Of a DNA stretch of 64,000 nt, positions 17,726-27,324 are shown one piece after another. Within the stretch, counting starts at the first letter, position 1. The number at the start of each line of letters is the position of its first letter. The notes under the pieces were generated by a model. That model saw only the letters and a list, made by a program, of their open reading frames with translations, did no database searches and was not told the DNA's origin. The translations under genes and the position numbers were made by a program. Origin of the DNA: an uncultured Pelagibacteraceae bacterium (GTDB taxonomy: Bacteria > Pseudomonadota > Alphaproteobacteria > Pelagibacterales > Pelagibacteraceae); contig CACKGP010000002.1 of NCBI GenBank assembly GCA_902599805.1, positions 15,570 through 79,569 of the forward strand, read 5' to 3'.

Positions 17726-18100
17726 ATGAGCAATAAATGGAACAGCGATTTAACTCCTGAACAAAATTACATCTTAAAAGAGGAGGGAACAGAGCCACCG
17801 GGATCTAGCCACTTAAATCAGGAAAAAAGAGAAGGTGATTATCATTGCGCCGGATGTGGAGTAAAACTTTTTAATTCAACCATGAAGTACGAAAGTGGAT
17901 CTGGTTGGCCATCTTTTTTCTCATCTCTGCCAGATGTATTTGAAACTAAAACAGACACACACATTGGTTATGAAAGAACAGAATACCACTGTAAGAAATG
18001 CGGAGGGCATCACGGACACATATTCGATGATGGTCCAGAACCGACAGGAAAAAGATTTTGTAATAATGGTCTTTGCTTAGTATTTAAGCCTAAAAAATAA
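17726..18100 (+). CDS. msrB: Peptide-methionine (R)-S-oxide reductase
   Basis: 124 aa with two CxxC zinc motifs (CAGCG, CKKCG), GWPSFF, and the catalytic RFCNNG. Confidence 0.95.
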   Translation: MSNKWNSDLTPEQNYILKEEGTEPPGSSHLNQEKREGDYHCAGCGVKLFNSTMKYESGSGWPSFFSSLPDVFETKTDTHIGYERTEYHCKKCGGHHGHIFDDGPEPTGKRFCNNGLCLVFKPKK

Positions 18101-18431
18101 TAAAATATATAATAAAAATAATAAGAGAATATTCCAAAACGGTCTTTGTTTTTTCTAACTTCTCGGCACCAAACTTGTTTTCTAAATATTTTTTAGAAAA
18201 ATAAAACATTAAATGAACTGTAACGATAGATATACCAATTCCGATTATAGTCGCTTTGAAACTAAAATTTTTGTATCCAAAATAACAAGCTAATATGAAA
18301 GTTATCCAAGAAACTTTAGAAATAAAGACTTTAAATAAAATCGCTGTTTTTTTACTGAAAATAGACTGTGTCCTGATGAAGGAGTAGGACCAAATAAGAC
18401 CTAGCAGAAAGCTTAAATATTTTATAATCAT
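18090..18431 (-). CDS. Small hypothetical membrane protein
   Basis: 113 aa with about 4 hydrophobic segments and no recognisable family. Its 3' end overlaps the msrB 3' end by 11 nt. Confidence 0.5.
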   Translation of the reverse strand: MIIKYLSFLLGLIWSYSFIRTQSIFSKKTAILFKVFISKVSWITFILACYFGYKNFSFKATIIGIGISIVTVHLMFYFSKKYLENKFGAEKLEKTKTVLEYSLIIFIIYFIIF

Positions 18432-18454
18432 TATATTAATAGTATCATTAAATT

Positions 18455-19168
18455 ATGTTAATTAAATCTTTCTTAGCTTTTGGTGCAGGCTTTATTAGTT
18501 TTCTATCCCCATGTGTTTTGCCTTTAATACCTGGTTACATTTCTTATATTTCTGGAGAAAGTCTTGGTGATATAGTCGAAAAACAAAAAAAAGTTATTTT
18601 AAAAACTGTTTTATTTTCTTTAGGATTCTCACTCGTATTTATTAGCTTCGGTGCCACAGCATCTTTTATTGGAAATATATTATTAGAAAACTCAAATACT
18701 CTAAGAATAATTGCAGGAATTATAATAATAATTTTTTCTCTTCAACTAATTGGTATTTTAAACCTTAATTTCTTAAATCAAGAAAAAAGATTTCAGACAA
18801 AAAACTATTCAAATAACTTATTTTTTCCAGTTCTTGTGGGTGCAGCTTTTGGCTTTGGTTGGACACCATGTATTGGACCTGTGCTTGGATCAATCCTGAC
18901 GCTTGCGGCAGTTGAAAGTAGTATAGGAAAAGGAATTTTATTATTAAGCTTTTATTCCTTAGGCTTAGCAATACCTTTTATCTTGTCAGGTTATGGTATT
19001 TCCAAATTCTTAGCATTTTCTAAAAATTTTAGAAAAAATATTAAAATCGTTTCTGTTAGTGGAGGAATAATTTTATTAATTACTGGGATATTAATTCTTA
19101 CTAATAAATTGCAAGCGCTTGGTTATTTTATACTGGAAGCTATACCGATACTTGGAAATTTAGGCTAA
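18455..19168 (+). CDS. ccdA: Cytochrome c biogenesis / thiol-disulfide transfer protein CcdA (DsbD family)
   Basis: 237 aa with SPCVLPLIPGY and GWTPCIGPVLGSIL motifs. Confidence 0.88.
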   Translation: MLIKSFLAFGAGFISFLSPCVLPLIPGYISYISGESLGDIVEKQKKVILKTVLFSLGFSLVFISFGATASFIGNILLENSNTLRIIAGIIIIIFSLQLIGILNLNFLNQEKRFQTKNYSNNLFFPVLVGAAFGFGWTPCIGPVLGSILTLAAVESSIGKGILLLSFYSLGLAIPFILSGYGISKFLAFSKNFRKNIKIVSVSGGIILLITGILILTNKLQALGYFILEAIPILGNLG

Positions 19169-19414
19169 TAATTTATCTAACTCGCCACTTTTATTAGCAG
19201 CTTGTAATTCAGCGTTACCACCAACGTGATGATCGCCTATAAAAATTTGTGGTACAGAGGTTCTTCCTCCACTTTTCTTTAACATTTCTGCTCTTTTACT
19301 TTCATCCTCCCAAACATTTATTTCTTGGTAGGGAATTTTTTTTGAATCAAGTAACGCTCTTGCATAAACGCAATAAGGACAAGGATTACCAGTATACATC
19401 ACAACTTTTTTCAT
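19160..19414 (-). CDS. grxC: Glutaredoxin 3
   Basis: 84 aa with a CPYC active site and TSVPQIFIGDHHVGG. Confidence 0.92.
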   Translation of the reverse strand: MKKVVMYTGNPCPYCVYARALLDSKKIPYQEINVWEDESKRAEMLKKSGGRTSVPQIFIGDHHVGGNAELQAANKSGELDKLLA

Positions 19415-19416
19415 AA

Positions 19417-19716
19417 CTAATATATATCACTAATTCTAATTTTTTCTCTCATTTTCTTTCTTTCAAGTTTAAATTTTTTCCTATGTTTTATACTTGTCTT
19501 ATGAACTCTTTTCCTCCACAACCTAAATGAACTAGGTTTCAGATTTCTTCTCATAATTTTAATAACTTGAGATTCATTTTTTCCTGTTTTTTTTTCTATT
19601 TCTTCAAATGTAATACGGTCTGCCCAACCTGCCCAAATTATCCAATCTTCATTATATTTTTTTGGCTCTGGATTTTTAACTCTTGTTTCTGGAATAAGGC
19701 TTCTTTTTTTCATCAA
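19417..19716 (-). CDS. DUF2805 / TIGR03643-like small basic protein
   Basis: 99 aa with WIIWAGWADRITFEEIEKKTG and a basic tail. Confidence 0.7.
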   Translation of the reverse strand: MMKKRSLIPETRVKNPEPKKYNEDWIIWAGWADRITFEEIEKKTGKNESQVIKIMRRNLKPSSFRLWRKRVHKTSIKHRKKFKLERKKMREKIRISDIY

Positions 19717-19734
19717 AAAATATATAGTTTAAAC

Positions 19735-20343
19735 ATGTTTCCCGAAAACTACTTTATTTACGTTCAATTGTTGCTGTTTCTTTTTATCACACCAGGACCA
19801 CCTAGAGTCGTAATAGTTACAAATACTATAAATTATGGATTAAAAAAATCTATCTGGACTGCTTGCGGGGATGTTTCTGCTAATGCTGTTCAGGCAACTT
19901 TAGTAACATTTGTTATAGGTACTTTACTTATAGATAATCCAAGTATTTTTGTTTATCTAAAGTGGGCAGGAATTTCCTACATTATGTACTTAGCTTACGA
20001 AACTTTTACATTAAAAGTTAAGGGATTAGGAAAAACTAGTACTTCATTAAAAAGTAATTTTGCAATGTATAGAGATGGATTTTTGGTTGCGGGTTTAAGC
20101 CCAAAAGCTTTAGTTACTTTTGGAACAGTTTTTATACAATTTATTAATTTTGAAAATAATATTATTTCACAGTTTTTAATTTTAACTTTTACTTGGGTAT
20201 TTTTGGATTTTTTAAGTCTTATGATGTATGGATTAGCGGCAAGAAAAATTTCAATTTGGCTAAAGGGCAATCCGAGACTTTTAAATACAATTTCAGCGTG
20301 TGTCTTGATTATCATCGCAATAATTATTGGAATTAAAACTTAA
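19735..20343 (+). CDS. LysE/RhtB-family amino-acid exporter
   Basis: From the ATG at 19735 the protein begins MFPENYFIYVQLLLFLFITPGPP, the family N-terminal motif. The track start at 19567 would overlap the divergent DUF2805 gene and is rejected. Confidence 0.85.
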   Translation: MFPENYFIYVQLLLFLFITPGPPRVVIVTNTINYGLKKSIWTACGDVSANAVQATLVTFVIGTLLIDNPSIFVYLKWAGISYIMYLAYETFTLKVKGLGKTSTSLKSNFAMYRDGFLVAGLSPKALVTFGTVFIQFINFENNIISQFLILTFTWVFLDFLSLMMYGLAARKISIWLKGNPRLLNTISACVLIIIAIIIGIKT

Positions 20344-20426
20344 ATTTTACATTTTAACCTGTTGTCTAAAAACTCAAAAATTGCTTTAATAATTACAATT
20401 AATTAATTAATTAAAGGGGGAAACAA

Positions 20427-21668
20427 ATGAATAAAATAGCAAAACTATTTATTACATTTATTTCAGCTTTAACTCTAACATTAACAAGTATCACTTCTTC
20501 TTTTGCAAAAGTTGAAGGAGATATGATTGTGTTAGGTTCTGCGATATCTCTTACAGGAAAATACTCTTCTAACGGAGTTCATACTCAAAACGGTTACAAC
20601 ATGGCTGTTGATAGAATTAACAGTATGGGTGGCGTTAAAGTTGGAGGAAAAAGTTATAAATTTGAGATCATTTATTACGATGATGAATCAAATCCTAAAA
20701 GAGCTGCACAGTTAGCTGAAAGACTAATCAAACAAGACGGCGTTCATTATATGCTTGGACCATACAGTTCAGGTTTAACGAAAGCCATTGCACCAGTAAC
20801 CGAGAAATATAAAATTCCTATGGTTGAAGCAAATGGTGCATCAAGATCTTTATTTACAAAAGGATATAAATATTTGTTCGCGGTGTTATCACCAGCTAAC
20901 CAATACCTTGAAGTAGCGATCGATCTTGCAGTTGAAAAAAATGGTGGAAAAGGTGTAAAAATTGCACAAGCATTTGAACAAGATGCTTTCTCACAAGACG
21001 TGAGACTTGGAATCTTAGATGCTGCAAAAAGAACGGGATCTAAAATCATCATTGATGACAAATTACCAAAAGAGCTAAATGATATGGCTGCTACATTGGC
21101 AAAAGTAAAAGCTACTAAGCCAGATGTACTAGTAGTATCAGGGCATACAAAAGGTGCATTAACTGCAATCAGACAAATTTCTGAAATGAAAGTTGATGTT
21201 CCAATGTTAGCGATGACACACTGCGATGCTGCAAAACTTTCTAAACAACACGGAAAGAAATCAGAGTATGCATTGTGCGCTTCTCAATGGCATAAAAACT
21301 TAAGCTACAAAGATAAATTCTTTGGTGGTGGTAAGAAGTATGACAAAGACTTTAAAAAAGAATTTGGTTATGCTCCGCCTTACCAATCAGCTGAGTCATC
21401 TGCCGCTTTACTAGTGTTTAAAGATGCGTTCGAGAGAGCAAATTCTTTTGACAGAGATAAAGTAAGAGATGCTTTAAAAGCTACAGACATGCAAACTTTC
21501 TATGGAAACATTAAATTTGGTCCTGGTGGTCAAAACATTGCTAAGCCAATGATCTTGTTCCAAGTAAGATGCAAAGGTGACTCGTGTGAGAATAAAGTTG
21601 TTGCTCCAACAAAATGGGCTTCAGATAAATTCTTCCACCCGATACCACCGTGGTCTGAAAGAGGTTAA
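20427..21668 (+). CDS. LIV-type (periplasmic binding protein type 1) ABC substrate-binding protein
   Basis: 413 aa with a signal peptide ending SSFA/KV and a LivK-like fold. GGGGGAAACAA RBS is upstream. Followed by its own terminator and then the permease genes. Confidence 0.9.
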   Translation: MNKIAKLFITFISALTLTLTSITSSFAKVEGDMIVLGSAISLTGKYSSNGVHTQNGYNMAVDRINSMGGVKVGGKSYKFEIIYYDDESNPKRAAQLAERLIKQDGVHYMLGPYSSGLTKAIAPVTEKYKIPMVEANGASRSLFTKGYKYLFAVLSPANQYLEVAIDLAVEKNGGKGVKIAQAFEQDAFSQDVRLGILDAAKRTGSKIIIDDKLPKELNDMAATLAKVKATKPDVLVVSGHTKGALTAIRQISEMKVDVPMLAMTHCDAAKLSKQHGKKSEYALCASQWHKNLSYKDKFFGGGKKYDKDFKKEFGYAPPYQSAESSAALLVFKDAFERANSFDRDKVRDALKATDMQTFYGNIKFGPGGQNIAKPMILFQVRCKGDSCENKVVAPTKWASDKFFHPIPPWSERG

Positions 21669-21690
21669 TACTTTTTAAGTATATTATTAA

Positions 21691-21722
21691 ATGCCCCCTA
21701 AAATTTAGGGGGCATTTTTTTT
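21691..21722 (+). terminator. Intrinsic terminator/attenuator after the binding-protein gene
   Basis: ATGCCCCCTAAA-A-TTTAGGGGGCAT followed by T7. Confidence 0.8.
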
Positions 21723-21732
21723 AAAAGATTTT

Positions 21733-22626
21733 ATGGATTTTTTGATTTTTAAAGCCCCAATGTTAATGGTCCAAGCTTCATTGGACGGAATTCTATTGGG
21801 AATTTTATTTGCACTAATTGCTTATGGAATGGCTCTTCAATGGGGAGTAATGAATATAATTAATATTGCTCAAGGTGATTTAGTAATACTCGGTGGTTAT
21901 ATTGCCTACACCATGTATCTTGCTGGAATTCATCCAGCTTGGGGAGTTATAGTTTCACCGATCTTAATGTATTTTGTTGGTTGGGGACTTTATAAATTAG
22001 TAATTAATAAAGTTGTGGATCGAGACTTATTTATTTCAATTTTAGCAACTTTTGGTATCGCAATTGTATTTCAACAGTTAATGAATTTTATTTTTGGTGC
22101 AGACGTAGTTGTTGCACAATCTGAATATGGAACAACAATGCTATTTGATAATTCAGTTACCCTACCAAATTCAAAAATATTCTCTGCCTTTGTAAGTTTA
22201 GCATATGCAGTAGCTTTGGTTATTTATATGAAAAAATCTAAACTTGGACGAGCCATAAGAGCAACAGCACAAAATGCTAGAGCTGCAAAAATTCTTGGTG
22301 TAGATACTGAAAAAGTTTATGCTGCAACTTTTGGAATTAACGCCGCGTTATGTGGGATTGCAGGAGCTCTTATTTCTATTACCCTTACTCTTCATCCTTA
22401 TGTAGGACTTCCTTACACAGTAAGATCTTTCATGATAGTTATTGTAGCAGGTCTTGGTAATTTACCGGCAGTAGCAATTTCAGGAATGGGATTAGGATTA
22501 TTTGAAGAATTTGCAGATTATATTTTAGGAACAGAATTTAGAATTGGTGCAGTGTTTATGCTGCTAGTATTTATATTAGTGTACAGAAGATTTAAACTTT
22601 CGAAGAAAAGGGAATATTTAAAATAA
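21733..22626 (+). CDS. LIV-type ABC permease (LivH-like)
   Basis: 297-aa polytopic protein with the family motif GDLVILGGYIAY. Confidence 0.9.
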   Translation: MDFLIFKAPMLMVQASLDGILLGILFALIAYGMALQWGVMNIINIAQGDLVILGGYIAYTMYLAGIHPAWGVIVSPILMYFVGWGLYKLVINKVVDRDLFISILATFGIAIVFQQLMNFIFGADVVVAQSEYGTTMLFDNSVTLPNSKIFSAFVSLAYAVALVIYMKKSKLGRAIRATAQNARAAKILGVDTEKVYAATFGINAALCGIAGALISITLTLHPYVGLPYTVRSFMIVIVAGLGNLPAVAISGMGLGLFEEFADYILGTEFRIGAVFMLLVFILVYRRFKLSKKREYLK

Positions 22627-23691
22627 ATGGGAAAAGTAAAACAAAAAGATTTAATATTATATTCTGGCCTAATTATTTTAGGCTTAGCGGCGCCGTATTT
22701 ATTTTCTGCTTTTAAAGTTCAGCTTACATATCTTTGTGTATTGATTGTACTGGCGATGACTTGGAATTTACAAGGTGGAGAAATGGGCTACAATAGTTTT
22801 GGAAATATCCTTTTCTACGGTCTTGGAATGTATCTAACCGCATCAGTTCAAGTAGGTATGTTTTTTCCATTAGCAGAATGGACAGAGAGCGGTGGAGAAA
22901 AAACATTCGTACATACGACAGCACAATATTTTCAAGGAATTGGTGTTGGTTTATTAGTTGCAGCTATTATTCCAGCATTAGTCGCGGGTGCTATTGGTTA
23001 TGCTATTTTAGGTTTAAGAGGTCATTACTTTGCTATTTGTACTTTAGGTTTAGGGATTGCAGCAGGTGAAATAGCTGGAGGGATAGAAATAATTGGAGCT
23101 GGGCAAGGATTCACGACACCACCTTTTCCTGCAGAAATAGTTGATCCTGAAGCAAGAGGAAAATTTTTCTACTTTACAAGTTTTATTGTATTAGTTTTAG
23201 CATTTATTTTTGTAAAATATATTTACGGTTCTAGATTTAGATTAATTTTAAATGCGATAAGAGATAACGAAGATAAAGCAGAAGCAATGGGCATTCAAAC
23301 AATGAAATATAAAATTGTTGGTTGGATGGTATCTGCATTTTTCTGTGGTCTAGCTGGTGGAATTATGGGTGGGTTAATTGGATATATAGACTCAACAGAT
23401 GTTGCATTTGATGGAAGAGAGATGGGAGTGTTTATGGTTTTAATGGCAATACTTGGTGGAAAAGGAACTTTGTGGGGACCAATTATTGGTGCAACTTTAT
23501 TCCATTTCTTCAAAGAAGGTCTTTGGACTTTTATATTAGGCTGGCAATATGTTGCGTTAGGAGTTTTGATTGTTGTAATTGTAATTTATTTTCCAGAGGG
23601 ATTAATGGGTTGGTTAAGAGAAAAATACCCTGAAAGATTTGGAGAAGTAGTAGATGAAAAAGATCGTAAATCACAGGTGGAATTAAAATGA
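22627..23691 (+). CDS. LIV-type ABC permease (LivM-like)
   Basis: 354 aa with LRGHYFAICTLGLG and RDNEDKAEAMGI motifs. Starts immediately after the previous stop. Confidence 0.9.
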   Translation: MGKVKQKDLILYSGLIILGLAAPYLFSAFKVQLTYLCVLIVLAMTWNLQGGEMGYNSFGNILFYGLGMYLTASVQVGMFFPLAEWTESGGEKTFVHTTAQYFQGIGVGLLVAAIIPALVAGAIGYAILGLRGHYFAICTLGLGIAAGEIAGGIEIIGAGQGFTTPPFPAEIVDPEARGKFFYFTSFIVLVLAFIFVKYIYGSRFRLILNAIRDNEDKAEAMGIQTMKYKIVGWMVSAFFCGLAGGIMGGLIGYIDSTDVAFDGREMGVFMVLMAILGGKGTLWGPIIGATLFHFFKEGLWTFILGWQYVALGVLIVVIVIYFPEGLMGWLREKYPERFGEVVDEKDRKSQVELK

Positions 23692-24422
23692 GTCTTTTAG
23701 AAGTAAAAAATGTAAGCAAATCTTTTGGAGGAGTGAAAGCCAATGTAGATATTTCTGTTTCTGTAGAACAGGGATCAATAGTTGGCTTAATCGGACCAAA
23801 CGGTTCTGGCAAAACAACTTTATTTAATTCAATCGTTGGAACTCATCCAATTGATCAAGGGTCTATCGTTTTTAATAACACAGAGGTTTCAGAAATGCCT
23901 GTTCCTGCAGTAGCTAAATTAGGATTATTAAGAACATTCCAGCAAACAAGAATTTACTCAAAACTTAACTGTGTAGAAAATATGTTAATCAGTCATAAGG
24001 CTAGTGACTCAGGCTTTATATTTGCAAAAATACCTTCAGAGCTTACTGAAAAAGCGGAAAACCTTTTAAACTTCGTAGGACTTTATCAAAAAAGAAACCT
24101 AAGAGCAGGAGATTTGTCATTTGGTCAGCAAAAACTTTTAGAATTAGCAATGGCATTAATGAATGAACCTAAAATGTTATTATTAGACGAACCTACAGCA
24201 GGTATTAATCCAACATTAATAAATGGAATTATAGATAGACTTATAAAGGTTAATAAAGATTATGGAATTACTCTTTTAGTAATAGAGCATAATATGAAAG
24301 TTATAATGAGTTTAGCCCAAAGCATTTTTTGTTTGGCTCATGGAAAACTTTTAGCGCAAGGCTCACCAGATCAAATTAAAAATGATAAGCGAGTTGTTGA
24401 TGCTTATTTAGGAGCACAATAA
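23688..24422 (+). CDS. LIV-type ABC ATPase (LivG-like)
   Basis: Walker A GPNGSGKTT, signature LSFGQQKLLE, Walker B LLLDEP. Confidence 0.93.
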   Translation: MSLLEVKNVSKSFGGVKANVDISVSVEQGSIVGLIGPNGSGKTTLFNSIVGTHPIDQGSIVFNNTEVSEMPVPAVAKLGLLRTFQQTRIYSKLNCVENMLISHKASDSGFIFAKIPSELTEKAENLLNFVGLYQKRNLRAGDLSFGQQKLLELAMALMNEPKMLLLDEPTAGINPTLINGIIDRLIKVNKDYGITLLVIEHNMKVIMSLAQSIFCLAHGKLLAQGSPDQIKNDKRVVDAYLGAQ

Positions 24423-25207
24423 TGGCAAATCAATATGAAGTATTAGGTAAAGCACCAGATATTAAAGATCTACAAAAACTTTCTGGATCAAACTTACATT
24501 TACAGATTAAAAATTTAAATGCTGGTTATGGAAAAATGGAGATACTTCATAACTTTGATTTATTGGTAGATAAAGCTCAATCATTATGTCTAATAGGACC
24601 GAATGGTGCAGGAAAATCTACGATACTTCATTCTATTTATGGTTTTACCAATATTTTTTCAGGACAAATTGAAATAGACGGAAAAGAAATAACAAATCTT
24701 ACACCTGCTGAGAAATTAAAAAGTGTAGGTATAGCCTATATTCTTCAAGATAATTCTGTATTTCCAGATATGACAGTTGAAGAAAATTTATTAATGGGCG
24801 GGTACATTAAAGATAAAACTGAAGAATCTTACGCAGAAGCCCAAAGAGTTTTGGAAAAATATGAAAGATTAAACAAAAGAAGAAACCAGCCTGCAAAAGT
24901 ATTATCGGGTGGAGAAAGAAGGCTTCTTGAAATTTCAAGGGCTTTGGTGATGCGTCCATCAATACTTTTAGTAGACGAACCGTCAATTGGATTAGAACCA
25001 AGATATATCGAAATGGTTTTTGAAATTTTAGAAGACCTACAAAAAAATGAAAAGAAAACTATCATAATGGTAGAGCAAAATGCAAAAAAAGGACTAGAAT
25101 TTGCAGACATTGGGTACGTTTTAGTTTCCGGACAAACTGCAATAGTTGGTACAGGAAATGATTTACTTAAAAATCCCGACGTTGGGAGATTATTTCTTGG
25201 CGGTTAA
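24422..25207 (+). CDS. LIV-type ABC ATPase (LivF-like)
   Basis: Walker A GPNGAGKST, signature LSGGERRLLE, Walker B LLVDEP. Confidence 0.93.
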   Translation: MANQYEVLGKAPDIKDLQKLSGSNLHLQIKNLNAGYGKMEILHNFDLLVDKAQSLCLIGPNGAGKSTILHSIYGFTNIFSGQIEIDGKEITNLTPAEKLKSVGIAYILQDNSVFPDMTVEENLLMGGYIKDKTEESYAEAQRVLEKYERLNKRRNQPAKVLSGGERRLLEISRALVMRPSILLVDEPSIGLEPRYIEMVFEILEDLQKNEKKTIIMVEQNAKKGLEFADIGYVLVSGQTAIVGTGNDLLKNPDVGRLFLGG

Positions 25208-25908
25208 TGATAAGATCTGGGTTTTATTTAAAAGGCTTATTATCAGTTAGATCAGTTGACAGTCCAGCAATAGCTCTCGGTTGTAGTTTTTTAGCCATTG
25301 GGGCTTTATTAAAAAATATTGGTTTTAATTTTCAACAAAGCGTTTCTTCTACATTTTTCACTTATGCATTACCTGGCCAACTAGTAATGGCTGAGTCTTT
25401 TTTAGTTGGAGCTTCCTTAGTAAATATTTTTATCGCAGTTTGGTTAGTGAACGCCCGTTTATTTCCAATGGCAGTTTCTATGTTTCCGTTATTAAAAAGT
25501 AAAAAACAACCTAAATGGAAATATTACATCTCATGTCATTTTCTTGCAGTTTCCTCATGGTTGATAATGAAAAAAGATTATAGAACTATTAACGAAAATT
25601 ATAGAATAGATTTTTGGATGGGTATTGGAACAGCTACTTGGTCCATTGCTATTTTCTCTACAATTTTAGGTTATTTAGTTTCTGATTATTTAAGTAAAGA
25701 CATGATGATAGGTTTAGCAATTGTTAACCCTGTTTACTTTTTTTGCATGTTATTAGGATCTATGAAAAATATAGCTATCGGAACTTCTGTAATTTTAGGA
25801 ACAATCCTTGGCCCAGTTTTTTATTTGACCTCACCTGAATGGTGTATTTTATATGGTGGAGTAACCGCAGGCATAATCGCATTTTTTGCAGGAGAGTTTA
25901 ATGACTGA
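25207..25908 (+). CDS. azlC: AzlC-family branched-chain amino-acid exporter subunit
   Basis: 233 aa with VNARLFPMAVSMFPLL, an AzlC-type motif. TAATG overlap with the preceding ATPase gene. Confidence 0.8.
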   Translation: MIRSGFYLKGLLSVRSVDSPAIALGCSFLAIGALLKNIGFNFQQSVSSTFFTYALPGQLVMAESFLVGASLVNIFIAVWLVNARLFPMAVSMFPLLKSKKQPKWKYYISCHFLAVSSWLIMKKDYRTINENYRIDFWMGIGTATWSIAIFSTILGYLVSDYLSKDMMIGLAIVNPVYFFCMLLGSMKNIAIGTSVILGTILGPVFYLTSPEWCILYGGVTAGIIAFFAGEFND

Positions 25909-26233
25909 TTTTTCTTCAAATATTATTTTAGTTATAGCGGTTACTTCCGTAGCTACTTATTTGTCAAGATCACTAGGAGTTTTATTTTCTGAAAGGATTG
26001 ATGAGAATTCAAAAATATTTAGGTTATTTGATTGTATTGCCTATTCAACATTAGCAGCTTTAATTTCTAAAGTTATAGTTTTTCCAGCAGGGGACTTAGG
26101 AGAAGCAAGTAAAATAACAAGATTAATAGTAGTTTTTGTATGTGTGACTGTGTTTTTTATTGCAAAAAGAAATCTTGTCTACCCCACGGTACTATCTGTT
26201 ATACTTTTAACAGTTTTAATTAAATATATATAA
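25901..26233 (+). CDS. azlD: AzlD-family small membrane protein
   Basis: About 110 aa with 3-4 TM segments. The ATG at 25901 is preceded by GGAGAG; the track start at 25886 is a TTG. Confidence 0.7.
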   Translation: MTDFSSNIILVIAVTSVATYLSRSLGVLFSERIDENSKIFRLFDCIAYSTLAALISKVIVFPAGDLGEASKITRLIVVFVCVTVFFIAKRNLVYPTVLSVILLTVLIKYI

Positions 26234-26237
26234 AAAA

Positions 26238-27134
26238 ATGAGTTTAGAGATCAAAGAGCATTCAATATCAAAGAGAATAAAAGTTGTTCAAATTCAAGAA
26301 ACTGAATTAGATAAACTAATATTCCCGTTTAATAAACACAGCATTCAGTCTTTAGAATACAAACCTTTCTCTAGATTTTCCTTAGCCAAAAGTGTTGATG
26401 ATGTTTTTTCAGGTGAACTAAGCAAAGTTTTAAATAAAACACTTAAAGATAGAAATACAGGTACAGCTATAATTGAACCTGATATTAAAAATTCAAAATT
26501 TGATAAAGATTTTTTAGTCAAACTTTCGACAGCAATTGTATATTTGGTGGGACTTCCGAATTTTGATTCTATGACAGGGAAATATTACGCACGTTTTCAC
26601 GTCAAACATTCAGACTCTAGTGATTCTTATCTAAGGAAAGCTTACAGAAATTTAGATCTTCATACGGATGGAACATTTGTAAAAGAAAAAACAGATTGGT
26701 TATTAATGACAAAAATGGAGGAAATTAATGTAAAAGGTGGTGAAAGTACTTTGCTGCACTTAGACGACTGGGAACATTGCGAAGAGTTGAGCAGTGATCC
26801 AGTTGGAAAAGAAAATTTTACCTGGGGATCACCAAAAAGTAAAAATATTGAATATAAAGTCGAACACCCTGTTTTTTCTAAAGACAAAAATGGCAAAACA
26901 ATAATTTCATATATCGACCAATTTCCTGAACCCAAAAATATGAAACAAGGCTTGTTTTTACAAAAATTATCAGATGCTTTGGAGCAAAGTAAAAATAAAT
27001 TAGTTTTTCCATTAAAGGTAGGGTCTGCAATTTTTTCAAATAACTATTTTTGGTTACACGGGAGAAAAGCTTTCAAACAGGATATAAACTTAAATAGAGA
27101 ACTTCTCAGAATCAGAGGTGTTTTTGGGAATTAA
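26238..27134 (+). CDS. csiD: CsiD/GlaH-family Fe(II)/2-oxoglutarate dioxygenase (glutarate 2-hydroxylase-like)
   Basis: Long colinear similarity to E. coli CsiD as I recall it: LEYKPFSRF, NFDSMTGKYYARFHVKHSDSSDSYLR, LDLHTDGTF (HxD of the facial triad), GGESTLLHLDDWEH, ISYIDQF, NNYFWLHGR. Confidence 0.85.
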   Translation: MSLEIKEHSISKRIKVVQIQETELDKLIFPFNKHSIQSLEYKPFSRFSLAKSVDDVFSGELSKVLNKTLKDRNTGTAIIEPDIKNSKFDKDFLVKLSTAIVYLVGLPNFDSMTGKYYARFHVKHSDSSDSYLRKAYRNLDLHTDGTFVKEKTDWLLMTKMEEINVKGGESTLLHLDDWEHCEELSSDPVGKENFTWGSPKSKNIEYKVEHPVFSKDKNGKTIISYIDQFPEPKNMKQGLFLQKLSDALEQSKNKLVFPLKVGSAIFSNNYFWLHGRKAFKQDINLNRELLRIRGVFGN

Positions 27135-27324
27135 ATTAAAATATTAATTTTTACAGATCTCAAATATCGTCAAATTAATGTTTAAATGTTGCAGATTTAC
27201 AACATAAAAAGTTAATAAAATCGGTCTTTTTTGAGGTGATAATTTTGTTAAGTTAGCAATTTAATAGTTTTCATTACATAAAAATATGCTAAGTTTCATA
27301 AAATTTTAAGACCCGGGAGAAATT

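Noticed and set aside
19567-19734. N-terminal extension of the LysE-family ORF as given in the ORF track
   Set aside because: It would overlap the divergent DUF2805 gene by 150 nt and encodes a Phe/Cys-rich nonsense-like peptide. The family motif begins right after the internal ATG at 19735.
27135-27324. Regulatory RNA or promoter in the 190-bp spacer upstream of the outer-membrane protein gene
   Set aside because: It contains only weak, short hairpins (for example TGTTG..CAACA) and an imperfect TTGCAG-17-TTAATA match, which is not enough to call a feature.
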